This document shows positions 7,687-19,693 of a stretch of 64,000 bases of DNA, in pieces. The DNA comes from an uncultured Pseudomonadota bacterium (GTDB taxonomy: Bacteria; Bdellovibrionota_B; Oligoflexia; Oligoflexales; CAIYRB01). Both the position numbers and the translations under genes were made by a program. Position 1 is the first letter of the stretch. Each line of letters opens with the position of its first letter. Below the pieces are notes generated by a model. It worked only from the letters and a program-made list of their open reading frames with translations, ran no database searches and was not told the origin of the DNA. The DNA lies in NCBI GenBank assembly GCA_903928445.1, contig CAIYRB010000060.1, forward strand, positions 16,875 through 80,874, written 5' to 3'.

Positions 7687-10600
7687 TTAGGCATTAGCTC
7701 GCTTAAACCTTTGCGACAACGACGCTTGAATCTGCTCCACGACGCTAAAGGCGCAAGGGACCACGACCAGGGTCAGAGCCGTCGACAACAACAAGCCGCC
7801 GATCACCGCAACGCCGAGAGGGGAACGCGCCTCCCCACCCACACCATGACCTAGCGCTATCGGTAGCATGCCGCCACCGGCTGCAAAGGTGGTCATTAGA
7901 ATCGGACGAAGGCGGATCGGACCGGCTTCGAGTAGAGCCGCATCCACAGACATCCCCTCATGGATCTTCTGGATGGTGAAGTCGATCAGCAAAATCCCGT
8001 TCTTCGTCACGATACCCATGAGCAGAATTATCCCAATCATCGTGTAGATCGACATGATCTGACCGGTCAGGAGCAAGGAGCCAAATGCCCCCGTCAGAGA
8101 TAGCGGCAAGGCAGCCATGATCACCAGTGGCGCCAAATAACTTTCGTACTGGGCGCACAGAATCATATAAACAAGCAACACCGCCAACATCAAAGCCTTA
8201 AGCATGGCCTGTATCGAGGTTTTCATAATATCTGCCTGGCCATTCAGCGAATAACTGATCGTTCCAGGCATGTTTTTCTTCAGGTAATCATCGAGCTGGC
8301 CGACGGCCTTATTTAAATCTTTGCCGTTAAAATTCGCCAACACGGTGATCTGCCGCAGTCCATCGAAGCGATCGACGGCCGACGGTGCATTCGATGGCAC
8401 GATCTTGGCGATGGAGCCGAGCGTTAACTGCTGGCCCTTCCGACTGATCATCGTCACGCTAGCCAAATCCTCGGCACTCAGGCGATCTTTGTCGGCGATG
8501 CGCAGGCGCACGTCGAAGGATGAACCGCCGTCATCGATCTCCGAGACCTTATCACCCTCAAAGAGTGAGCGCATGATCTGACCGATTTGCGCTGCCGACA
8601 CCCCAACGTCAGCCGCTCGCAAAGGATCGACGACGATGAGGAACTCCTTTTGCGTCTTTGGCTTACTGGTCGTCACATCGACGGTTCCCGGTACACTGGT
8701 CTTAAGGAACTCAGCGACTTTGTCGGTGAAGCCAACCAATTCGGGATAGTGGTCGGATTTGAAGATATACTGGATCGGCTGAGCTTTACCGCCACCAGCC
8801 CCGCCAGCTTCGCTGACGTCAAGTTCGGAACCACCGATGGCGAATTTCGGTAGCAACTCTTCGCGCAGCCGATCCATCAATTCAAATTGGCCATAGGTCC
8901 GATCGTGTTTTGGCACCAGCAACACGTCGAGCACGGCCTTGTTGGGCTTTTTGTCCGAACTGGCGGCGATCGCCGTCACGACCTTGTCGACGCCGGGATA
9001 GGTGTGCAAAGCATCGACCAGCTCCAGACACTTCTTCTTTGTTTCTTCAATCGTCGTGCCCTCTGGCAAGACATAGTTGACGTTGAATTCCGACTTATCC
9101 TCCTTGGGAAAGAAGGCGACCGGAACATAGCGCAGCAAGACAATGCTCAGTACAAAGGTCATGAAACCGCCCAAAAGAGTCACCCCACGGTGGCTGAGAC
9201 ACCAGCCCAGGGTGCTTCTGTACGAGCTATCCAGCCAATCAAGAGAGTCTTCGATGACTTGCCAGACTTTGAGCAGTACCTTGTTTTTTGGCTTAGCACC
9301 GTGTTCGCCCGCATGAGGCTTTAGCCATTTGGCCGAAAGCATCGGCGTCAAGGTGAAGGCGACAAACAGCGACACGGCTACGGCGAAGGTCACCGTTAGA
9401 CCGAACTGGAAGAAGAAGCGGCCGATAATCCCTTCCATGAAGGCGACCGGTACGAACACGGCACAGATCGTCATCGTGGTCGCTAGCACCGCTAGTCCGA
9501 TCTCCGACGTCGCATCGTTGGCAGCCTGAGCACCGCTCTTACCCATGCCCAAATGCCGGGCGATATTTTCGATGACGATGATCGCATCGTCAATCAGCAG
9601 GCCAATCGATAGCGACAGCCCCAAAGTCGACATCTGATTGAGAGAGAAATGCATGAAATCGAGAAAGGCAAAGGTCGCGATGACGGCAGTCGGTAAGGCA
9701 ACCGCCGAGATCATCGTGATGCGCAGGTCGCGCAAAAACACCAGCACGATAAAGGTCGCGAGAATGGCACCAAGCACCAAGTCAAGCTTCACGGAATCGA
9801 TCGATCCCCTGATATATTTGGAGTTGTCCGTCACGACCTGCAACTTGACCCCTTCGGGCAAGCCCTTCCCCAGCTTGAGCAACGCCGCTTGGGTGTCCTC
9901 AGAGACCGTGTTCGTACTGGTGCCGGCCTGCTTTTGGATACTCATCAAGATGGTCGGATTATGATCGACAAAGCTCGCAGACGTCTCCTCCGCTGCTTGG
10001 TCGACAATCTGCGCAACGTCGCTGATGCGAAGACCGCTACGCGCGCCACCGATGACTGGCAAAGCGGCGATCTCGACACCGCTCGCGGTACGGTTTTTGA
10101 CGCGAAGCGTCAGGAAACTCGTCGAATTTTGCACTTTCCCAGACGGCACATCGAGGTTTTGTTGTTGGATCGACTGAATGATATCGCCCGGAGTCAGGCC
10201 AAAACTTGCTAGACGCGAGCGGTCGACAAAGATCTGTACCTCACGCTCGCGAATCCCAGCGGTCTGCACCTGCGCAACACCGGTCACCCGCTGCAGGGCT
10301 GGCAAGATCGTATCCTTGGCTAACTTCGACAAGGCTTCATAAGAGATCTTTGTATCACCCGTTAAGGCGATGCTCAGGATCGGCGCTCCACCGATATCGA
10401 GCTTCTGAATGACCGGCGTTTTTGCTTCGGCAGGGAGCTTGGATAAAGCTGCAAACACCTTGTCACGAACTTCCTGAGCGGCCTGGTCGGCCTTTTTTTC
10501 CAGCTTGAAGCTCAGCACCATGATACCAAGGCTCGGATATCCGGTGGACGACAGTTTATCGAGTCCGGAAATACCGTTGACTGCATCCTCCATCGGCTTG

Positions 10601-10791
10601 AGCACCCGCTGCTCCACCGACGTCGGGTCGGCACCCGGATATTCGATGGTCACAGTGACAACTGGAAAGTCGACATCCGGGAACTGGTCGACCGGGAGGC
10701 GGGGCAGTGAAAATAGGCCGAAGACGATCAGCACCAAGTTTAGCATCGTCGCAAAGACGGGTCGCTTAATGGACACTTCCGATAAAATCAT
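7687..10791 (-). CDS. RND efflux transporter permease (AcrB/HAE1 family), 1034 aa
   Basis: MILSEVSIKRPVFATMLNLVLIVFG N-terminus, 12-TM architecture and size. It is the last gene of the TetR-OMF-MFP-RND set. Confidence 0.93.
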   Translation of the reverse strand: MILSEVSIKRPVFATMLNLVLIVFGLFSLPRLPVDQFPDVDFPVVTVTIEYPGADPTSVEQRVLKPMEDAVNGISGLDKLSSTGYPSLGIMVLSFKLEKKADQAAQEVRDKVFAALSKLPAEAKTPVIQKLDIGGAPILSIALTGDTKISYEALSKLAKDTILPALQRVTGVAQVQTAGIREREVQIFVDRSRLASFGLTPGDIIQSIQQQNLDVPSGKVQNSTSFLTLRVKNRTASGVEIAALPVIGGARSGLRISDVAQIVDQAAEETSASFVDHNPTILMSIQKQAGTSTNTVSEDTQAALLKLGKGLPEGVKLQVVTDNSKYIRGSIDSVKLDLVLGAILATFIVLVFLRDLRITMISAVALPTAVIATFAFLDFMHFSLNQMSTLGLSLSIGLLIDDAIIVIENIARHLGMGKSGAQAANDATSEIGLAVLATTMTICAVFVPVAFMEGIIGRFFFQFGLTVTFAVAVSLFVAFTLTPMLSAKWLKPHAGEHGAKPKNKVLLKVWQVIEDSLDWLDSSYRSTLGWCLSHRGVTLLGGFMTFVLSIVLLRYVPVAFFPKEDKSEFNVNYVLPEGTTIEETKKKCLELVDALHTYPGVDKVVTAIAASSDKKPNKAVLDVLLVPKHDRTYGQFELMDRLREELLPKFAIGGSELDVSEAGGAGGGKAQPIQYIFKSDHYPELVGFTDKVAEFLKTSVPGTVDVTTSKPKTQKEFLIVVDPLRAADVGVSAAQIGQIMRSLFEGDKVSEIDDGGSSFDVRLRIADKDRLSAEDLASVTMISRKGQQLTLGSIAKIVPSNAPSAVDRFDGLRQITVLANFNGKDLNKAVGQLDDYLKKNMPGTISYSLNGQADIMKTSIQAMLKALMLAVLLVYMILCAQYESYLAPLVIMAALPLSLTGAFGSLLLTGQIMSIYTMIGIILLMGIVTKNGILLIDFTIQKIHEGMSVDAALLEAGPIRLRPILMTTFAAGGGMLPIALGHGVGGEARSPLGVAVIGGLLLSTALTLVVVPCAFSVVEQIQASLSQRFKRANA

Positions 10792-10879
10792 AACCTACCC
10801 CAAGCAAAGAGGCGCTGCAGGCGGCAGTGCCGCAGCCAGTAATCTTTAAGCACATGAAAACACCTGTTGAGCCGGCCAA

Positions 10880-11836
10880 TCAGTCGAGCGTGCCTTCCGC
10901 ATAAGAACCAGCGACAACTTTTTTGTCGAAGTTCTGAAACTTGCCGTAGACGGCAAAGGTCCGCGTCTTGTCGTTGATCACAGGAACGATCCGCGTCACT
11001 GTCGCCTTGCCGGTAAAATTGCCCGACGGCACCGAGACACTGATGGAATCGCCCAGTTTAATCTTGCCCATCAACCGTTCCGGAGCCGACAGGCTGATCT
11101 CAGGCTCCGCTTGATCGTAAATTTCCAGCACCGGTGCCGGTGGTACTGGTTGGACGCCTTCGCCGTCGTACTTAAGCTGTTCGACGACGACGCAGTCGTA
11201 AGGCGCTGTGAGCTTGGTGTCCTTTAGGGCATCTGTGGCCATCTGCAAGTCGAGCTCAGCCATCTGCAAGCCGAGGCGTGCCTGATCCGTTCCGGATTTT
11301 ACCTTATCGAAGGTCATCGCCGTTGAGGCGTTATCCTTTTGCAGCTGAAGCTCACGCTTCAACTCCTTTTCGGCCTCGGCAAGCTGCACCTTAGCATTGT
11401 CGCGGCGGACCTTCGCCAGTTCAACCCGGAGGATAAAATCACGATCATCCAAGGCCGCAAGGACCTCTCCGGCTTTGGCCGACGAACCTGGCCGTACGCC
11501 CACCGATTTGATGTATCCAGAGACGCGAAATCCAAGCTGGGCACGACGCACGGCGGCAATTTGACCAGTCAAGCGGTACTCGGCGGCAGGCTGCTGTGGC
11601 GGCTGACCGACAGGTGCTGGCGTTTCGCTCGCGGCGGGCTCGGCCACTTTGGTCGCAGGCTCCGGGGTCGCCGGCGCTGCTACCGTACCGTTGCCGCTAG
11701 CCTTAGCTGGCTCGGCCACGCCTGCTGCAGCGCTTTTGGGCGGCAAAGAGGCCTTTGCCGCGTCGTCCTGATGGCAGCCGGTCGCACCCAGCAAAAAGGT
11801 GACGATGCCAATAGATAGTTGTTTTGATAAAGACAT
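10880..11836 (-). CDS. RND efflux periplasmic adaptor (membrane fusion protein), lipoprotein
   Basis: LLGATGC lipobox, coiled-coil region, and a lipoyl/beta-barrel arrangement typical of HlyD_D23-type MFPs. GAAGGA RBS. Confidence 0.88.
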   Translation of the reverse strand: MSLSKQLSIGIVTFLLGATGCHQDDAAKASLPPKSAAAGVAEPAKASGNGTVAAPATPEPATKVAEPAASETPAPVGQPPQQPAAEYRLTGQIAAVRRAQLGFRVSGYIKSVGVRPGSSAKAGEVLAALDDRDFILRVELAKVRRDNAKVQLAEAEKELKRELQLQKDNASTAMTFDKVKSGTDQARLGLQMAELDLQMATDALKDTKLTAPYDCVVVEQLKYDGEGVQPVPPAPVLEIYDQAEPEISLSAPERLMGKIKLGDSISVSVPSGNFTGKATVTRIVPVINDKTRTFAVYGKFQNFDKKVVAGSYAEGTLD

Positions 11837-11854
11837 ATGAATTCCTTCAGTCGG

Positions 11855-13234
11855 TTAAAGTTTTGGCAGCTCAGCACCAAGCGCCTTTTGCGTCTTGAGG
11901 TGCCAGCGAACTAAATTGGTTTGAGCGGTCACCAGGCGCCCCTTAGCAGCCGTACGCGAGGTCTCGGCCAAGACCAAATCGGTGGCGGAGCGAGAACCGG
12001 TTTTAAAGCGAGCCTGCTCGATGCGGTAGGCTTCTTCCGCCTGATTCACTCCAACTTTGGCCACTGCCAGGGATTCCTGCGACGCCTTGTAGTTGGCGAT
12101 CGCCTGGAGGATATCTAGACGCACTTGCTGATCGCTGCCGCGCACCCCTTCTTCGGCCGCGATCACACCCTGGCTAGCTTGGCGCAGTTGAAACACCGAA
12201 GTACCGTTGGTCCAAAGGTCCCAACTCGCTTGCACGCCATAGGTGTGGGTAAACTTCTCGCTGCCGAAGCTGACCTCGGCCAGGTTCTTTTCTGATTTGG
12301 CAAAGATGCTGACTTGCGGCGTGAACGTCGCATAGGCCAGGTCCTTGTACATGTGGGCAACGCTGATACCGGTCTTGGCCTGCTTGGTCTCGAGACGATT
12401 ACCTAAAGCCTCATCCACAGCCTGCTTGGTTTCCGGTGGTGGCGGCACCGCGGGCAATTCACCATCCAGCGCAACCTCCTCGGTCATCGGCATGTTTAAG
12501 GCTTCGCGTAAGGCAGCAAATGCCGTATCTCGGCCGGCCCGAGCTAGGGCGACGTTACCTTTGGCCTCCGACACCGCAAGTTGCAGCTTTAGGTTGTCAC
12601 CGCGATTGACGCGACCAGCGCGCTCCATCGCGTTGCCATCCCGCGCTTGGCTCTCGGCCGCGGCGACCGAGGCTTCCGCGATCTCAAGCTGGCGTTGCGC
12701 CTGGTACGCCGTCAGCCAGGTGTCGGTCGCGCGAAACGCCACATCAGCGCGCGTCAGCTGCAGCGACTGCTCTTTTAGATCCTCTTGCAGGCCCTCATAC
12801 TTGGCCTTGACGATGAGGGCGACGGCGCCAGTGATCGGCTGTGCCACCATGATCGACGCCGTCTCCGACTTGGCCGGGCGCACGGTGATGATATTCGGAC
12901 CAAACGGCACCTTCACAGCATCGTTAAAGCGCACTTGACTGTAGGCCGCCGTCACCCGTGGACCGACGTCGGACCAGGCGCCCCGGCGGGCTTCAGTCTG
13001 GGCATTGCGTTGCGCTTCGGCCGCCTTGAGCGCAGGTGCTTGGCCCAAGGCCAAAGGCACCGCATCAGCAAGCTTGATACGCAGCGCATTGGCTGGCGCC
13101 GCTGAAGACGCCGCCACGGTGGCTTGCACCGTCCCATCGGCGCCAATGGCCACTTGCGGCGCGGCCATCACCACAGCAAGGGCCGCGGGGACTCCCCATG
13201 CGGCGATTTGTCGATAAACCATGTTTACTTTCAT
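11855..13234 (-). CDS. Outer membrane efflux protein (TolC/OprM family OMF)
   Basis: Signal peptide, two repeated coiled-coil/beta halves and ~459 aa. Start ATG at 13234 overlaps the TetR stop (ATGA). Confidence 0.85.
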   Translation of the reverse strand: MKVNMVYRQIAAWGVPAALAVVMAAPQVAIGADGTVQATVAASSAAPANALRIKLADAVPLALGQAPALKAAEAQRNAQTEARRGAWSDVGPRVTAAYSQVRFNDAVKVPFGPNIITVRPAKSETASIMVAQPITGAVALIVKAKYEGLQEDLKEQSLQLTRADVAFRATDTWLTAYQAQRQLEIAEASVAAAESQARDGNAMERAGRVNRGDNLKLQLAVSEAKGNVALARAGRDTAFAALREALNMPMTEEVALDGELPAVPPPPETKQAVDEALGNRLETKQAKTGISVAHMYKDLAYATFTPQVSIFAKSEKNLAEVSFGSEKFTHTYGVQASWDLWTNGTSVFQLRQASQGVIAAEEGVRGSDQQVRLDILQAIANYKASQESLAVAKVGVNQAEEAYRIEQARFKTGSRSATDLVLAETSRTAAKGRLVTAQTNLVRWHLKTQKALGAELPKL

Positions 13235-13992
13235 GCGTCTTGTCCTTTACCTGCGTTGCAGAGCCATTGCTCCACCTGGGCGGCTAGCTCGTCAAATTGA
13301 ACATATTTTCTGGTGGCTTTTGGCGTTAGTCCAATACCTCGAAGCATGAAACGCATCACCGGAGCGGTGAGCGCATCCTTGGATCCTCCATGATAAGGCA
13401 TGACCGGGACCAAGGGTAATTGGTACATGTTGATTGCGACCAAGGTGTGATGGCAAAACCAAAACACCAAAGCGTCGTCGGACTCATCGCTGACTAAGTC
13501 CCCCGCGGCGCGAGCTGCGGCGATACAGCGCTGAATCATACTGACCATCCGGTTGGTCACCTGATGAAAATGCTCGCGGGCAAAGGCGCCATCGTCGAGC
13601 AAGCTATGCAGCATCAGCCGGGGAAACAGCGGATCGTGGGTACCACCAAAGCCGACATGCTCAACAATCATCTTAGTCATAAAGTAGAGCAGCAAGACAA
13701 GCATCTTGGTCGAAGGCGTGATGCCCTCAAGCATGATCCGCAACTCTTCGCTAGGATTGCAGGAGAAGCGTTGCACCTCGGCGTAGAGATCGTCTTTACT
13801 TGGGAAGTGTTGATAGAGCAGTGCTTCCGATACTCCGGCTTGCTTGGCGAGTTGCTTGGTCGTAACCCCGCGAAAGCCCTCCTGCGCAAACAGCGGAACA
13901 GCGGCTTCGATGATCAAACGCCGCCGCTCTGTTGAGCTAAGACGCCTTTTTGACTCATCTTTTTTATTGGATTTGCGAGAGTTTGGCACCAT
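13231..13992 (-). CDS. TetR/AcrR family transcriptional regulator with a basic Lys/Arg-rich N-terminal extension
   Basis: HTH segment GFRGVTTKQLAKQAGVSEALLYQHFPSKDDLY is a canonical TetR_N. It is the first gene of the efflux operon, with a 4-nt overlap with the OMF gene. Confidence 0.88.
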   Translation of the reverse strand: MVPNSRKSNKKDESKRRLSSTERRRLIIEAAVPLFAQEGFRGVTTKQLAKQAGVSEALLYQHFPSKDDLYAEVQRFSCNPSEELRIMLEGITPSTKMLVLLLYFMTKMIVEHVGFGGTHDPLFPRLMLHSLLDDGAFAREHFHQVTNRMVSMIQRCIAAARAAGDLVSDESDDALVFWFCHHTLVAINMYQLPLVPVMPYHGGSKDALTAPVMRFMLRGIGLTPKATRKYVQFDELAAQVEQWLCNAGKGQDA

Positions 13993-14348
13993 ATCCCCAC
14001 CTAAGTAAGCATTAACTTACCATGGCTAGATAGACTTGCCTAGGGGCCAAAGCATGCTCAATGTAGCCAATTTACACTTGCACCTGTGCCGTCATTGATC
14101 CACCAACCATGATGACCTACGTCTCGTTCGAACGGATGAAACGCTGCGCTAGGATCATACACCGCAGCTAGTTTGGCTGCTGCCACCACAAACTTGCAAC
14201 TGGGAGTGGGCCACAAGCACACATATAGACCATACTAATATATGGCTTTTATCTCTTCGACTCAGGCTTGGTTGTAACTTTTTCGGTGTCCAGGTAGACC
14301 TTTTGGATCCTAGCGCAACTGCTTGTATCCACTATCCAGGGATTATAC

Positions 14349-16449
<2,101 letters not shown>

Positions 16450-16458
16450 GGAGCGAGC

Positions 16459-16899
16459 ATGACCTTTCAAAAGCCCAGCAAGGACGAGCTAAAAAAGACC
16501 CTGACGCCCGAGCAGTACGCGGTAACGCAGGAAGAAGGGACCGAGCCGCCCTTCCGCAACGCCTTTTACAACCACACGGCACCCGGCTTGTACGTCGATC
16601 TGATCTCAGGCGAAGCACTATTTAGCTCGCTCGATAAATTTGACGCCGGTTGCGGCTGGCCGAGCTTCACCCAACCCGTACCTGGAGTTGAGATCCGGGA
16701 AAAAACCGATCGCCGCCACGGCATGGTCCGCACCGAAGTTCGCTCGGTGCAGGCGGACTCACACCTTGGTCACGTCTTTGAAGATGGACCAGGCGAAAGC
16801 GGCCTGCGCTACTGCATCAACTCCGCAGCGCTGCGCTTTATACCAGTAGACGAACTGGAAGCTGCAGGCTACGGCGCCTATCTCAAGCTCTTCCGGTAA
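16459..16899 (+). CDS. msrB: Peptide methionine (R)-S-oxide reductase MsrB
   Basis: CGWPSF and RYCINSAAL motifs. AAGGAG RBS. Confidence 0.92.
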   Translation: MTFQKPSKDELKKTLTPEQYAVTQEEGTEPPFRNAFYNHTAPGLYVDLISGEALFSSLDKFDAGCGWPSFTQPVPGVEIREKTDRRHGMVRTEVRSVQADSHLGHVFEDGPGESGLRYCINSAALRFIPVDELEAAGYGAYLKLFR

Positions 16900-16901
16900 A
16901 T

Positions 16902-17462
16902 CTATTGAGCTTCGAGGCCTTCAAGATCACCACGCAATTGCCTGGCAAACAGTAGGTGGCGAGCGGCGGCGGTCCGGGCCTTAGCGCTTAATTCGCGCAG
17001 CACTGACAGGTCAGCGGCTTGGTCGAGCAAGGTGATCAGTGCATACTGAGCGTCGATCTGCTGCTGCAAATAGACATGATTAAAGGCACTGCCATAGGTT
17101 GCGCGTAGAGTCTGAAGGTCCTGACTGCTGCGCCGCCCTTGGGCCTGGCTGGCGGTGCTTTCAGCGGCGACAAGGCCGCTACTAGCGACCAGCGCGCTCA
17201 CCTCAAGGCGCAGTTGGGTACTGTCTCTTAGAATATCGTCCGCCATGCCTTTGACGCGGATATTGTGCGACGTAGCGATGGCTTCTGTCGCGGAGTCGGC
17301 ATCGAAAGACAGCGCTAGATTGAGAATCTGCAGCAGCTCGGGGTCATGAATGCTGGCCGTCGGCTGTGTGGTCGAGTCGGCGGAAAGGGTCGCAGCCGAT
17401 GCAAAGGTCGGCGTCAGAAGCGCAGTGGCTAGCAGGAGGCGAGCTGGGGTGCGGCGAATCAT
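16902..17462 (-). CDS. Secreted DUF4142-like protein (hypothetical)
   Basis: Signal peptide followed by an all-alpha region with two repeated halves, reminiscent of DUF4142. The domain call is an inference from memory. Confidence 0.45.
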   Translation of the reverse strand: MIRRTPARLLLATALLTPTFASAATLSADSTTQPTASIHDPELLQILNLALSFDADSATEAIATSHNIRVKGMADDILRDSTQLRLEVSALVASSGLVAAESTASQAQGRRSSQDLQTLRATYGSAFNHVYLQQQIDAQYALITLLDQAADLSVLRELSAKARTAAARHLLFARQLRGDLEGLEAQ

Positions 17463-17664
17463 AAATAAATCTCCAGTGTGGGGAAGCGAAAAGGAAAAAT
17501 ACCACCGGGTATACCCCCGGGAAAAGCCAGAAATGGGCTGCCGTCGGGACGGCCTCGCAAACAGCCACTGGTTGGAGTAGGACCAATCGACGCAGAGCTA
17601 TGCTTGCCTTCCTCGTTCACAGTCCTGTACATCCTCGAAATCACAAGCTACGAGTGAAAATTCG

Positions 17665-18267
17665 CTAGCTTTTGACCAAAGAGTAAATACCTGCGCCGGC
17701 CATCGCCACCGCCCCGAGCCGATGCACCAATTTGGCATCAAGATACTCCCTGCCAACTCGTCCAAGCATAGCTCCCAGTCCGGCAGCAGCCCATAATGCC
17801 AGCGTCGCCGCCAAGCCAATGGTCCAAAGATTACCAAATTTGGCAACCAAGGCCGCCGTCGCCAACTGCGACAGATCTCCCCACTCAGCAACGAAGATCG
17901 TCACAAAAGCCAGCCATAGAGTCGGCCAAAAGCGTTCACCCGGAGACGACTTGGCGCCAACCCCGACCACCGCTGCGGCCGCGGCCTCATCGTGCTTGCG
18001 CCAGATCTGCACGGCAAAGATAAAAAACAGCAGCGCCGAACCATAACGAATCACCTGCGCAGGTACCAGCGTCAAGACGCTGCCAAACACCAGGGCTATC
18101 ATGGTTTGAATGAGAAAAGCCAAAGCAGCGCCGACGAAAATGGCCGCCGGGCGATGGCTGGCGGCCAAGAGGAGCACCGCAAAAATCGTCTTATCGGGAA
18201 GTTCCGCCAAGAATATCAGCGCAAAGGTCGACGAGAACAAAGACCACGAGATCGACATGAGCGGCAT
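17665..18267 (-). CDS. GDT1/UPF0016 (TMEM165) family cation transporter
   Basis: Two ExGD(K/L)(T/S) signature motifs (ELPDKT and EWGDLSQ) in a 6-TM protein. Start chosen at the ATG at 18267; the track ORF begins at a TTG at 18306. Confidence 0.7.
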   Translation of the reverse strand: MPLMSISWSLFSSTFALIFLAELPDKTIFAVLLLAASHRPAAIFVGAALAFLIQTMIALVFGSVLTLVPAQVIRYGSALLFFIFAVQIWRKHDEAAAAAVVGVGAKSSPGERFWPTLWLAFVTIFVAEWGDLSQLATAALVAKFGNLWTIGLAATLALWAAAGLGAMLGRVGREYLDAKLVHRLGAVAMAGAGIYSLVKS

Positions 18268-18340
18268 CACCAACAGAACGTTAAAGACGCTCGATCCTAC
18301 CCGCAAAAATACGCCTTTTCAGTAAATTCTTTGCGCACCC

Positions 18341-19540
18341 TCAGGCTGCCTGGCCGTATTTCGCCTTAAATTCTCCTTCAAGTTGGTCAAATCGCTGCTT
18401 AAGATCCTCGTTGACCAAGTACCTTGGTTTCCAATAGACGCTAATTTTTGACCATTCGAGCATCGACAACGCGAAATAGGTCCGTAGGTGACTGACCAGA
18501 TCCACCCCTTGCTCAGCCCAACAGGCTTGCGCCACCTGTATTTCCACATACCGCTCAAAGCTACACGGCTCGATCGTCGTGTCACCGAGCGGCCCAAAAT
18601 CAGAGGTGGCAAAAGCGGGTCCACTATCACCACCAATTTGGTTTGACACTGCAAGCGGCTCCTCACCTGTAGCGGCTGAGCCACCACCGGTGTATTCGCC
18701 GTCATCGCTACGGCCCGCAGATCCGATCGCGTTGCGACGCTTCAAGTAAACAAAGGTCCCTGCAGTCGCGGTGGTGAAAAGGGTGAACACCAGCAAGATC
18801 CGCCATATGCTGCTGCCATTGGCCTCATCACCTTCCAAGGCTGGATCCGCACCATCAGCCATTTTATCGGCTGCCAATTCCTGCGGCGACTTGGCGGAAA
18901 GTCCTTTTGGCGCGGCTTTAGGGCTGGCGACTTCCTTATGTTCTGCGACTGGCGGTGCTAGTGTTGGCTTCGCCACCGAGTTTTTCACATCCGCGACCGG
19001 GGCGACGGGCTGCTTGGCGGCCTTGGGCTTGCCGTGCGCCACTGCGCCCTTATGGTGCTTCTTGGACTTACCACTGCTTCGCCATTTTGCTGGCGACTTT
19101 TTCCCGACCTTGCCATGACTAACTTTACTTTGTTTATGGCTCTTACCAGGAGAAGAAGCCGCGTGCTTGGCACCAGGCGACTGTTGCGGCTGCACTGTCG
19201 GTTGCGCTGTGACCGCACCCGAAGTCCCGCCACCACTCGCGGGTGCAGCTGCTGCGGTAGCTGACTGCGGTTTCGCGACCGCTGGCTTTGCGGTGGCATT
19301 CGCCACCACGGGCTTAGCGACAGCGGCTGGCTTAGCGACAGAGGCTGGTTTGGCCACCGCGACTGGTTTGGCGACTGGAGCTTTGAGTCCGCCGCCTATG
19401 CCTTTTAGCTTGACCTTCGACTCTAGTTTTGGTGCCGATGCGTCCTCAGCATGAGCCCGCAAGGATCCAGTAAACATAAGCAGGGTCGCCAGCAGGGCGA
19501 ACTTTAGGCCAAACATCGAACGGATATAAAATCGACTCAT
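18341..19540 (-). CDS. Membrane-anchored Lys/Ala/Pro-rich repeat protein (AKP(A/V)xVAKP tandem repeats, then a basic K/H-rich stretch, one TM helix, and a C-terminal globular domain)
   Basis: N-terminal hydrophobic signal/anchor, low-complexity repeats encoded by a DNA tandem repeat, TM segment ILLVFTLFTTATAGTFVYL and a conserved-looking C-terminus. ATG at 19540 is preceded by GGAAGGTG. Confidence 0.6.
   Translation of the reverse strand: MSRFYIRSMFGLKFALLATLLMFTGSLRAHAEDASAPKLESKVKLKGIGGGLKAPVAKPVAVAKPASVAKPAAVAKPVVANATAKPAVAKPQSATAAAAPASGGGTSGAVTAQPTVQPQQSPGAKHAASSPGKSHKQSKVSHGKVGKKSPAKWRSSGKSKKHHKGAVAHGKPKAAKQPVAPVADVKNSVAKPTLAPPVAEHKEVASPKAAPKGLSAKSPQELAADKMADGADPALEGDEANGSSIWRILLVFTLFTTATAGTFVYLKRRNAIGSAGRSDDGEYTGGGSAATGEEPLAVSNQIGGDSGPAFATSDFGPLGDTTIEPCSFERYVEIQVAQACWAEQGVDLVSHLRTYFALSMLEWSKISVYWKPRYLVNEDLKQRFDQLEGEFKAKYGQAA
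19290..19395. repeat. In-frame tandem nucleotide repeat (~15-18 bp units, GGCTTAGCGACAG.GGCTGG...) encoding the AKPxxVAKP repeats
   Basis: Repeated GCGACAGCGGCTGGCTTAGCGACAGAGGCTGGTTTGGCCACCGCGACTGGTTTGGCGACTGG seen directly in the sequence. Confidence 0.5.
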
Positions 19541-19693
19541 AGCACCTTCCAACGCAAATGGGAGTCTCAGCATTGGTGTCGGCAAATCCTGCCAATGACT
19601 TAAGCGAAGGGATGTTTACTGACTTGGCAGGGAGACAAAAAGCCGAAGCTATTCAGCTTCTGTTAGGCAGTTACGCAATGCATCAATGTTGCC

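Noticed and set aside
7958-10412. Multiple 60-145-aa ORFs inside the RND transporter gene on the opposite strand or in other frames
   Set aside because: They are internal to a 1034-aa conserved gene and have no independent support.
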